From: a bacterium
Lineage (GTDB): Bacteria > Actinomycetota > Acidimicrobiia > Spongiisociales > JAHEDJ01
Direction: 5' to 3'
NCBI GenBank assembly: GCA_024641325.1
Contig: JAHEDJ010000008.1
Span: forward strand, 1 to 63,760
DNA: 63,760 bases
A model generated the notes under the pieces. It saw only the letters and a program-made list of their open reading frames with translations, was not told where the DNA came from and made no database searches. This document shows, piece after piece, positions 28,491-36,452 of the stretch. The position numbers and the translations under genes were made by a program. How positions within the stretch are numbered: position 1 is the stretch's first letter; the number at the start of each line of letters is the position of its first letter.

Positions 28491-29237
28491 TCAATCAGAG
28501 GTCGTTGCAGCCGACCGCACACGCTCCACGGCTCGTCTGACGATGTCTCTGAAATCGTCGTCGGTGAGGATCTCATTTGTCCAGCTCTCACTCAATTCGA
28601 CAACGATCAGTCGGCCGCCTCGTCGGATGACTGCCATTCGATGATCGAGTCGGCCACCATCGTCGGTCAACGCGGTGTACTGCATGGCGAACCGCTTGTC
28701 CCCTAGGGAAGGCATCAGGAGACGATCGGCGACCATGTACCAGCCGTCTTGCTCAACGGCTTGGGGAGAAAACGCGTCCGACCACTTGTCGGAGTCATTT
28801 AGGCAATCGGTCAACTTCTGGGTGACGATGTCGAATGCATCATCTACAGTGTCGGCGGCATCGGTGTACACAACCTCGAACACATTGACTTGTCCTGATG
28901 ACAATGCAGTGGCTGCACGGGCCTGCAACTTGTCGAGCGGTGGGCCGGCCACGGCCTTCCATTGGTCTTCACAGATGTGCAAACTGATCCCCGAAGTCAA
29001 ATCTGCATCCCAGAAGTAAGGCGGGACCGGCTTCTGAGTCACCCATTGTTCCGACACCGCTGGAAGGTCGGTAGAGACAAGCAGTTCGGCTGGGGACAGA
29101 TTCGGTACGGAGCTTGTGGATGGTATTGACGCGGTTGCAGACGAAAGGGCGGCCTCGGTCTCGGTAGGCCCATCCCGAGTAGTGCATCCCACCCCGGCCA
29201 GCATCAGCGCGAGGATGGCCGCCGTGATCCGACCCAT
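28491..29237 (-). CDS. Putative lipoprotein with a PknH-sensor-like extracellular domain
   Basis: Signal peptide with lipobox-like LAGVGC, Ser/Thr linker, two further Cys (HICED, LTDCL), and AGGAG upstream of the ATG. Confidence 0.65.
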   Translation of the reverse strand: MGRITAAILALMLAGVGCTTRDGPTETEAALSSATASIPSTSSVPNLSPAELLVSTDLPAVSEQWVTQKPVPPYFWDADLTSGISLHICEDQWKAVAGPPLDKLQARAATALSSGQVNVFEVVYTDAADTVDDAFDIVTQKLTDCLNDSDKWSDAFSPQAVEQDGWYMVADRLLMPSLGDKRFAMQYTALTDDGGRLDHRMAVIRRGGRLIVVELSESWTNEILTDDDFRDIVRRAVERVRSAATTSD

Positions 29238-29388
29238 CACTTCTCCTAAGCCGCGCAACGCAAGAATTGGATCGCAACTGGGGATGAACTGGTAGAGGAG
29301 AAAGTCCTATCACTCGTGAGATCAGTACCGGGCCTCCGTTACGACGCGGTTTGACCAGCAGTACGGTGGGTTGCAAGCACAAAGCCCG

Positions 29389-29916
29389 TCAGCTCGCGGC
29401 AGGTGTCTCCATGAACTCGATGAGAACTGCGGGCTCGGGGTCTGATCGATCCATGACAATCTCTATCGGGCCGGGAAACTCGATTGGAGGTGTGATCTCG
29501 ACGTCGACTTCGAGCAACGGGCGGTAATCGTCGATGCGGTGAAGAATGTCGCGGATCAGCATCCGGGCCGGATCGGCAGTCGGCTCCGAGAGTTCTTCGT
29601 GGTCGGCTTCCTCTGTTGAGGCGACCGCCAAACCGTGCGACCTGAGTCTCATCAACATCAATTCCTGAACGACCTTGTCGGGGGACAGTGCCGCCAGTCC
29701 CGGGATCACGACCAGATCGGCCTGGCCCCGCGCCGCGATTCCCATCAGCGCACGGAACCCTTCGAGGTTGCGGCGTGTGCCGGCCGTGTCCTGGCAAACT
29801 GCGACAAGGTGATACCCGTTGCGGGCTATCCACCGTCGAACCCGCTCAGACTGAGCGAACATGGTGTCGCCCGACTCAGCGTTGGATGGTTCGCGGATAT
29901 ATCCGACGACGTTCAA
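29389..29916 (-). CDS. Serine recombinase (resolvase) catalytic-domain homolog, apparently degenerate, no DNA-binding domain
   Basis: VVGYIR..., Q..RVRRW...GY.LV.V.QD, GF.ALM.....G..D.VVI..L..LS and DPARML.R.IL follow the resolvase N-domain pattern. Confidence 0.72.
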   Translation of the reverse strand: MNVVGYIREPSNAESGDTMFAQSERVRRWIARNGYHLVAVCQDTAGTRRNLEGFRALMGIAARGQADLVVIPGLAALSPDKVVQELMLMRLRSHGLAVASTEEADHEELSEPTADPARMLIRDILHRIDDYRPLLEVDVEITPPIEFPGPIEIVMDRSDPEPAVLIEFMETPAAS

Positions 29917-30032
29917 GTGGTCTCCGGTCTTTACTTCCTGGTAGTCAAGCTTTCACCCTCTGTGAGGTCAAGGATTACCGTTTCAGTGGAATCCCCGCTG
30001 GTATGGTTCTGCATTGTTTGCAGGAGGTCCGG

Positions 30033-30533
30033 GTGCCGAGTGCACTCGTTTTGAACACCACGTATGAGCCGATTTCGGTAGTCAGCGCTCGCCGGGCCGT
30101 CGTGCTCGTCCTGAACCAAAAGGCGTCGGTCGTCGCGTCGGGATCAGGATGTCTCCACTCCGAACGTACAACCATCGACGTGCCTTCGGTGGTGCGGTTG
30201 GTCCGGTACGTCAAGGTTCCCCATCACCGGAAGGCTCCGCCGACCCGACGTGCGATTCTCGCCAGGGACAGACACACCTGCCAGTACTGCAGTGCACCTG
30301 CTGAAAGCATCGATCATGTCTTGCCGCGCTCGCGGGGCGGGACGAATGCCTGGGAGAACGTCGTAGCGTGTTGCCGCCGATGCAACGTCCGAAAGGCGGA
30401 TCGATTGCCCCATGAGATCGGCCTGAACTTGTCCAGGTCTCCAAAGCCCCCATGGCGATTCGGCTGGGTATATGCCAGTGCGGGCCCATCGGTGGACCCG
30501 CACTGGTTGCAGTTCTTGGGCGTTTCGGCCTGA
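30033..30533 (+). CDS. HNH endonuclease (McrA/Rv2469c-like)
   Basis: AGGAGG plus GTG start; ALVLNTTYEP, RD.HTCQYC, IDHVLPRSRGG and WENVVACCRRCN..KAD. Confidence 0.92.
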   Translation: MPSALVLNTTYEPISVVSARRAVVLVLNQKASVVASGSGCLHSERTTIDVPSVVRLVRYVKVPHHRKAPPTRRAILARDRHTCQYCSAPAESIDHVLPRSRGGTNAWENVVACCRRCNVRKADRLPHEIGLNLSRSPKPPWRFGWVYASAGPSVDPHWLQFLGVSA

Positions 30534-30569
30534 CCATCAGGTTTCAGCTTGTGGCGGGCCTGCTGATCC

Positions 30570-31796
30570 TCAAATATCGGTTTCGAAGATCGTCTCCGGT
30601 TCGAGCACCGGTGGGGGAGGCTGAGGGGCGGGACCGTTCCTATCCACCAGGAACAGATGGAACGCCGGATTCTGTTCACACTCGAACGGCGGGACCCTAC
30701 CCGACGGGCTCGATGTCAGGTCAACCCAAACGGCAGGTCCGCCGGGCGGGTAGAGCACGAGCGCGGTCGGATTGTCGGTCACATTGGAGAAGCGGCTGTC
30801 TCGAGGCGCCATGAACTCCATGAGGCGGTCGTAGTCTGTTCTGGGAGGTATGACCACGTTCTCGCCGTAGCGCCTGGGCGACATGGAGTCGTCCTCGGCA
30901 GCGGGCGACTCCCCTTTGAAGCGTGCCGTGGTTCCGTCGTCCCAAATGGCGATGGCCAGGACTTCGGGGTATTCGACGCCCGGCCAGATCGAGTCGCGGT
31001 CCGACCCGCTCGACACGCCGATCAGGAGCGACGAATCCACCGAAACGTGGCCGAACCGAGGGTCGCCGCAGACTTCGGTTGCCACCGCTTTTGGCTCAAC
31101 CGAGAGTGAGTCGCCCCACGGGATCGTGTCGCCGAGTCCTTTACGGTCGAATCCTTCGGGCCGATCCCAGCCGGCGGTCGGCATCGGGTTCGACTCGAGA
31201 TCCCATTCAGCCAGGACCGCACCGCCGAAGGACGCCTGGACCACGAGATCACGATTGGACGACGACGGCACTCTGAACCCGACGGTCCAACGGGCCGGAA
31301 TCCCGCGCGGTTGCATGCTGAGCGCGAACCCACCAACCTGATAGCTGTAGTCGCCGAGTTGAACGCGGGTCGTGGAATCCGTCTCCGCGTCTTCAACATC
31401 GACCCACAGAGGCAACACATTGGTGGGAACGGGATGTATCTCACCGGCACCGTCGACGAGTTGGAGCACGGGGTAGCCGTACTCGCCGGTGAAGGCGTAT
31501 TCCGAGGCCAGCCACGGAACGTCGGTATTGTGGCGGAAGGCGGCGGAGAGACGGACCTCGTCGTAGCCGGGATAGAGCGGTGAGTCGACCCAGAAAGCAT
31601 CCTGGATCTCGAGATCGAAGAGGCCATTGGAATAGCGTTCGCCGAGGTCGAACGATGATACCGGGGGAGCGCTGCCGGGTTCGGCCGCCGCCGTATCCTG
31701 GACGGCGGCAAGGTTTGCGACCCCCGGACCCGCCGAGGCGACTCCGGTCATGACGAGCAGCAAGACTGCTGTCATGAGTATCACTTTGCGCAACAT
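30570..31796 (-). CDS. Secreted beta-rich hypothetical protein
   Basis: GGGAG RBS before ATG 31796, signal peptide ending VASA, Trp/Pro/Gly-rich mature region and Pro-rich tail. Confidence 0.75.
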   Translation of the reverse strand: MLRKVILMTAVLLLVMTGVASAGPGVANLAAVQDTAAAEPGSAPPVSSFDLGERYSNGLFDLEIQDAFWVDSPLYPGYDEVRLSAAFRHNTDVPWLASEYAFTGEYGYPVLQLVDGAGEIHPVPTNVLPLWVDVEDAETDSTTRVQLGDYSYQVGGFALSMQPRGIPARWTVGFRVPSSSNRDLVVQASFGGAVLAEWDLESNPMPTAGWDRPEGFDRKGLGDTIPWGDSLSVEPKAVATEVCGDPRFGHVSVDSSLLIGVSSGSDRDSIWPGVEYPEVLAIAIWDDGTTARFKGESPAAEDDSMSPRRYGENVVIPPRTDYDRLMEFMAPRDSRFSNVTDNPTALVLYPPGGPAVWVDLTSSPSGRVPPFECEQNPAFHLFLVDRNGPAPQPPPPVLEPETIFETDI

Positions 31797-31889
31797 GCCT
31801 CGCGTCTCCCTTGTAGCTGAGCGACTGTACTTCACTCAGATTTCGGGAGCATCCTGACCCACATTGAGGGTTTTCTTTTCGAACACATG

Positions 31890-31907
31890 AACTACAAATA
31901 TGTAGTT
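31890..31907. promoter_or_regulatory. Perfect inverted repeat AACTACA-N4-TGTAGTT, putative operator
   Basis: 7+7 bp palindrome in an AT-rich intergenic patch about 95 nt upstream of the secreted-protein start. Confidence 0.6.
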
Positions 31908-31960
31908 ACAACGGTGCAATTTCGAGGATAACGTGCCGGAGATTGACGAAAGAACCTTCC

Positions 31961-32479
31961 TCAGGAGCGAACGGTCAAAACCGCGCAAGTAGCGCGTCTG
32001 ATGAGCTTCGTTGACGTGGAACCGAGCAGTCCGTCGAATCGACCCTGGCCGTGTGTACCGATGCAGATGACGTCGTATTTGCCTACCGATGCATAGTTGA
32101 GGATTTCTGCGACCGCATCTTCGCTTTCCACCGCAACAGGATCTGTAACGACTCCTCGATCTGCCAGGGCGGTGATGATGGTCGCCGTCCGAGAGGCCTT
32201 CTGGTCGTCGATGTACCGATCGAGAAAGGCATCGTCGCCCGGCCAGTCCGGGGTCACGTGTGGTCGGGGAGTCGTGTGGCCCGCTGTTTCGAGGGATTGA
32301 TCGATCGGTGCTCGGTCGGAGGACTCCCCGTAGACCGCGCGCAGGTCGGTGAGCAGCCGCCTCGGGATCTCGACGACTGTGAACACTGTGACCTGACCGT
32401 CGTCGCCGGCCAGTCTCGCTGCAGATTCCGCAGCGATGAGCGGGTCCAGCGTGCCGTCGGTGGCAATGAGTACCTTCAT
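31961..32479 (-). CDS. Universal stress protein
   Basis: MKVLIATDG N-terminus and IGTHGQG.FDGLLGSTS..L......VL.V C-terminus. Confidence 0.9.
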   Translation of the reverse strand: MKVLIATDGTLDPLIAAESAARLAGDDGQVTVFTVVEIPRRLLTDLRAVYGESSDRAPIDQSLETAGHTTPRPHVTPDWPGDDAFLDRYIDDQKASRTATIITALADRGVVTDPVAVESEDAVAEILNYASVGKYDVICIGTHGQGRFDGLLGSTSTKLIRRATCAVLTVRS

Positions 32480-32656
32480 GGAATCTCCCCTTGGTCTGTC
32501 TGGCTCACCCTAACGGCCTGTTGTTACATCTGGAGTCTGATCCGAGGATCGCTTTTCAACCGTCGGTGAGCGTTCGAAGAAGCGGCAGCCGATCGCCCCA
32601 CCGAACACTTCCGGCCCCTGTCACCTGGACGGATGTGGGGGGTGTTTGAGCCTTTT

Positions 32657-32723
32657 GTGGGCTGTGTGGTGAGAAAGTGGTAGGAAAGGGTTGACAAGTG
32701 GGGAGAAATGGGGCAATGTGGGG
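32657..32723 (+). promoter_or_regulatory. dcw/mraZ promoter with phased MraZ-binding repeats
   Basis: GTGG-type repeats at about 10-bp phase (32657, 32666, 32677, 32698, 32708, 32718). TTGACA at 32691-32696 with CAATGT 17 nt downstream. Confidence 0.8.
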
Positions 32724-32761
32724 CGCACAGGAGGACCAGTGACTAGTAGGGCGAGTGTGGA

Positions 32762-33196
32762 GTGTTCGTCGGAGAGTATCAACACACAATGGACGGAAAG
32801 GGCAGGGTCGTGTTGCCCGCCCGCTTCCGCAAGGCTCTTGAAAAGGACGGCTGTGTCCTCACCAAGGGCCAGGACGAGTGCGTCTTCGTCTGGTCCACGG
32901 ATGACTGGCAGAAGGAAGCGGAGCGTATGAAGCAGCTTCCTCGTACGGACAGCCGTTCGCGCGGATACCTCAGATCGTTCTTCTCCGGCGCCGAACCGCA
33001 AAGCCTCGATGGCCAGGGCCGTATCACCATTCCGCAAAACCTTCGCTCGTTTGCCGCGCTCGAGAAGGATCTCGCCGTTGTCGGAGTCGCCGAACGGATC
33101 GAGATATGGGATGCCGAGCGATGGAGTCAGGTTTCGGCAGAGGCCGACGACGTATACGCCCACATAGAGGAGGCATTCAGCGACCAAGGAATCTGA
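32762..33196 (+). CDS. mraZ: Division/cell wall cluster transcriptional repressor
   Basis: MFVGEYQHTMDGKGRVVLP, LDGQGRITIP and RIEIW motifs. Confidence 0.96.
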   Translation: MFVGEYQHTMDGKGRVVLPARFRKALEKDGCVLTKGQDECVFVWSTDDWQKEAERMKQLPRTDSRSRGYLRSFFSGAEPQSLDGQGRITIPQNLRSFAALEKDLAVVGVAERIEIWDAERWSQVSAEADDVYAHIEEAFSDQGI

Positions 33197-33214
33197 CAGG
33201 CCGGCCGGACCGTC

Positions 33215-33307
33215 TGGTCCATCGCCAGCCCCCCGGTTACCAACGGAAGGCCCCTTTCTCCGCCCGCTTCCTTTGGTGCCAGCGCCCGGGGGGCTGGCCA
33301 TGGATCA
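33215..33307 (+). ncRNA. Cis-regulatory hairpin, probable mraW RNA motif variant
   Basis: 13-bp perfect stem (33224-33236 with 33286-33298), inner stem TACCAA.GGAAG/CTTCC.TTGGTG and pyrimidine-rich loop CCCCTTTCTCC, located between mraZ and rsmH. Confidence 0.6.
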
Positions 33308-34226
33308 AGACCCAAAACGGAAATACCACGAGCCGGTGATGACGAGGGAGATTGTGGAGTTGTTTGAGACCGTCGATGGGGGAGTGCTGGTAGATGCCAC
33401 ATACGGTGGCGGAGGCCATTCCCGTGCTTTGCTCTCGGCCTATCCCGACCTGGATATCATCGGTATCGATCGAGATACTGCGGCGCTAGCGCGACCGACA
33501 CCCGATCGAGTACGTCTGCATCAGCGCGCCTTCTCTGAACTCGGGGAGCTACTCGACGAGTTGGCCGTTGAATCAATCGACGGAGCTCTTTTCGACCTCG
33601 GCGTATCCGGGCACCAGCTCGACACGGCCGAGAGGGGTTTCTCGTATCGAGACCCCGGCCCACTCGATATGCGCATGGGGCCCAATGCCCCTCATTCGGC
33701 GGCGGAGATCGTGAATGAATGGTCCCAGGACGATCTGCGCAGGATCATCTCCAAATATGGCGAGGAGCGATTCGCAGGGCGAGTCGCTGCCGCCATCGTC
33801 GCAAACCGACCGATAGCCGACACGGCGCAACTCGCCGAAGTCACTCGCAATGCCATCCCGGCTGCCACGAGGCGAACAGGCGGGCACCCTGCCCGGCGAA
33901 CGTTTCAGGCCATCCGGATAGCCGTCAACGATGAACTGGCGGAGATTCAAGCAGCGCTGGAGACGGCGCTGGATCGTCTCGCGCCCGGTGGCCGTTGCGT
34001 GGTGATCTCATATCACTCCCTCGAGGATCGGATCGTCAAGCGAACCTTCGCCGAACTGGCTCAGGGGTGTATATGTCCACCCGAGATCCCCGAGTGCCGC
34101 TGCGATCGAACTCCAGAAATCCGGTTGCTCACGCGTAAGCCGATCGGCCCGACTCCCGCCGAGGTGGAAGCAAACCCGCGTGCTCGCAGCGCCAAAGTTC
34201 GGGCAGCCGAAAAGGTGGCGGCGTGA
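33300..34226 (+). CDS. rsmH: 16S rRNA m4C1402 methyltransferase
   Basis: HEPVM, DATYGGGGHS, DLGVS, GPLDMRM, FQAIRIAVN and SYHSLEDR motifs. Confidence 0.96.
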   Translation: MDQDPKRKYHEPVMTREIVELFETVDGGVLVDATYGGGGHSRALLSAYPDLDIIGIDRDTAALARPTPDRVRLHQRAFSELGELLDELAVESIDGALFDLGVSGHQLDTAERGFSYRDPGPLDMRMGPNAPHSAAEIVNEWSQDDLRRIISKYGEERFAGRVAAAIVANRPIADTAQLAEVTRNAIPAATRRTGGHPARRTFQAIRIAVNDELAEIQAALETALDRLAPGGRCVVISYHSLEDRIVKRTFAELAQGCICPPEIPECRCDRTPEIRLLTRKPIGPTPAEVEANPRARSAKVRAAEKVAA

Positions 34227-34630
34227 CCGCCCGCCCTGCCCAGGGGACACCATCGGCCGCCCGGCTGCGGGTGATTCAAGGAAAACCGTTCATACGTCCG
34301 AAGGCATGGGGCTGGACGGTCATCGCCTTCGTATCCGTCGCACTGTTCTTCGGCCTGATCATCGCCAACACTGCGCTGGATCGCTCAGCATTCGAACTCG
34401 AGGAGATTCGATCGGAGATAGTTGCGCAGCAGGAACGTTTCGATCAGCTCCGCCTCGATGTCGCCCGGCTTCGATCTCCTGAGCGGATCCAGCCGCTGGC
34501 TGAGGAACTCGGCATGGTCTATCCCGATCCCGCCGACATTCGAAGGGTTACGGCTTCCGGCGTCGTAGTAATGGAGAGAGACGACGATCGGTGGACGAAC
34601 ATCAAATCGATTCTGAGTGCATCACCATGA
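34223..34630 (+). CDS. ftsL: Cell division protein FtsL-like
   Basis: Single TM, coiled coil and LRSPERI..LA.ELGM; lies between rsmH and ftsI. Confidence 0.8.
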   Translation: MTARPAQGTPSAARLRVIQGKPFIRPKAWGWTVIAFVSVALFFGLIIANTALDRSAFELEEIRSEIVAQQERFDQLRLDVARLRSPERIQPLAEELGMVYPDPADIRRVTASGVVVMERDDDRWTNIKSILSASP

Positions 34631-34712
34631 TGGTCGGACCTGGCGCTGGGGGCCGATACCGCGGTGGTGACCTTCCCGAGGTCGCCTGCCGGGTTCGGCC
34701 GGAGGAATAGCC

Positions 34713-36452
34713 GTGAGCGGGCGCTCACGCGCCCGCCGGCGGCTCCGCCGCGCCGACTTCCGGCTCATCACCGTAGGGGTCGCTCTGATCGTGGCCTGGA
34801 GCGGCCTGGGATTCCGGCTGTTCCAGATCCAGGTGGTGGATGCGGCGGTTTACGAGGAGCGGAGCCGCGAGCAGCGCACGATCCATCAGGACCTGGCGGC
34901 CGCACGCGGCACCATTTTCGACCGGCAAGGTCAACTTCTCGCCGTAACCATCGAAGGTGTAACAGTGTCTGCGAACCTTGCCGAGATCGAAGATGTGACG
35001 GTTACGGCCTCGCTGATCGCCGCCGCAATCGGTGGTGATCGAGACGCATTGAAGGAACGTCTTGAATCCAAGGAGACGGGGTGGGTGACCCTGGTCCGTC
35101 AAATGGAACCGGCAGATGCAGATCACCTGCGGGAAATGGAGCTGCCCGGCCTGTATTTCGTTAATGAACCAAAGCGTGTGTATCCGGCAGGCCGTTTCAC
35201 GGCGTCGGTGATCGGCTTTGTTGGATGGGATAACGAGGGGCTCGAGGGCCTGGAGTATTACTACGAAAGCGCCCTAGCGGGTACCCCCGGATATGCCGAG
35301 TGGGAGCGCGCAATCGGCGGAACTCCGATTCCGTTCGCGACAAGCGACATCGTCCCGGCGATTCCGGGATCGGATCTCGTGTCCACAATCGATCTCGGCA
35401 TCCAGTTCGCCGCGTCGCAGGCCTGTGTAGATACCATTGAGCGCACGGAAGCTCTCCGGTGCACGATCGTCGTTCTGGATCCGAACACGGGAGAAGTGCT
35501 GGCGATGGTCAATACTCCCAGCTTCGACCCCAACGATGTTCGTTCTGCAGACCCGGCCATGCTACAAAACGCCGCAGTACGAATGACCTATGAACCTGGT
35601 TCAACGCAGAAGCTCGTGACGGTTGCCGCAGCCATCGAAGAGCAGGCGGTGCAATGGAGCACGCTGATTCGCAACGTCCCATATGAACTCGAGGTAATCG
35701 ACGGTGCGTGCGACAAGGGTGACGACGTATACGGCTGTTACCACGACGTATACGTTCACCCGGATCTCGATATGACGGTGAAAGACATATTCACCCGTTC
35801 TTCCAACACCGGGACGATTCTCATCCAACGTGAGCTGGGGGATGTCGCACACCGCGAGTACCTCGAAAAATGGGGTTTCGGAAGCCGGACCGGCGTCGAT
35901 TTCTCAGGAGAGGCCGCCGGGGTCGCCGAAGTAGATATCGCCTGTGGTCCATGTACCGCATCGGCGGCAATCGGCTACAGCGTCTCCGTGACGCCGCTGC
36001 AGATGGCATCGGTGTTCGCGACGATCGCCAACGACGGCGTGTGGGTGCGGCCGCATCTGGTCGGCAGCATTGTCGACGGCGACGGCATCCGGCAGGCGGT
36101 CGAGCCGGAACAGCGGAGGGTTGTTTCCGAAGAAACCGCCCGCATAATGCGACTGCTACTGCGCTCGGTTGTCGAGAGTGATGACGGTACGGGTGGCAAC
36201 GCCCGCGTCACCGGCTACGAGGTGGGCGGCAAGACCGGCACGAGCCGGAAGTGGGAAGGTGGCGGCTATTCCGACACGGCATGGATTGCGAGTTTCATCG
36301 GCATGGCACCGATCGACGACCCTCAACTCGTAGTAGCCGTTGTGATCGATTCGCCGGTCAACGGACACTACGGCGGCGACGCGGCCGCTCCCGCCTTCGC
36401 CGAGGTGATGGAGAATGCCCTGCATCAGCTGGGGGTATCACCCGATGAGTAA
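34713..36452 (+). CDS. ftsI: Class B penicillin-binding protein
   Basis: RGTIFDR, GLEGLE, EPGSTQK (SxxK), SSN (SxN) and GKTGT motifs. Confidence 0.93.
   Translation: MSGRSRARRRLRRADFRLITVGVALIVAWSGLGFRLFQIQVVDAAVYEERSREQRTIHQDLAAARGTIFDRQGQLLAVTIEGVTVSANLAEIEDVTVTASLIAAAIGGDRDALKERLESKETGWVTLVRQMEPADADHLREMELPGLYFVNEPKRVYPAGRFTASVIGFVGWDNEGLEGLEYYYESALAGTPGYAEWERAIGGTPIPFATSDIVPAIPGSDLVSTIDLGIQFAASQACVDTIERTEALRCTIVVLDPNTGEVLAMVNTPSFDPNDVRSADPAMLQNAAVRMTYEPGSTQKLVTVAAAIEEQAVQWSTLIRNVPYELEVIDGACDKGDDVYGCYHDVYVHPDLDMTVKDIFTRSSNTGTILIQRELGDVAHREYLEKWGFGSRTGVDFSGEAAGVAEVDIACGPCTASAAIGYSVSVTPLQMASVFATIANDGVWVRPHLVGSIVDGDGIRQAVEPEQRRVVSEETARIMRLLLRSVVESDDGTGGNARVTGYEVGGKTGTSRKWEGGGYSDTAWIASFIGMAPIDDPQLVVAVVIDSPVNGHYGGDAAAPAFAEVMENALHQLGVSPDE

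Noticed and set aside
29688-30032. N-terminal extension of the HNH ORF
   Set aside because: It overlaps the recombinase-like gene, and a strong AGGAGG+GTG at 30033 gives a family-typical length.
31879-31894. SOS box TCGAAC-ACAT-GAACTA
   Set aside because: The right half-site has three mismatches to GTTCGA.
31890-31907. NrdR box
   Set aside because: The conserved C/G positions of the 16-bp NrdR consensus do not match, and no nrd genes are nearby.
27385-32479. Active mobile element or prophage
   Set aside because: The recombinase lacks its catalytic motifs, and no att repeats, transposase or phage genes are visible.
34068-34103. Cys-rich CICPPEIPECRC insert in RsmH as a novelty
   Set aside because: This is a common feature of many RsmH proteins.
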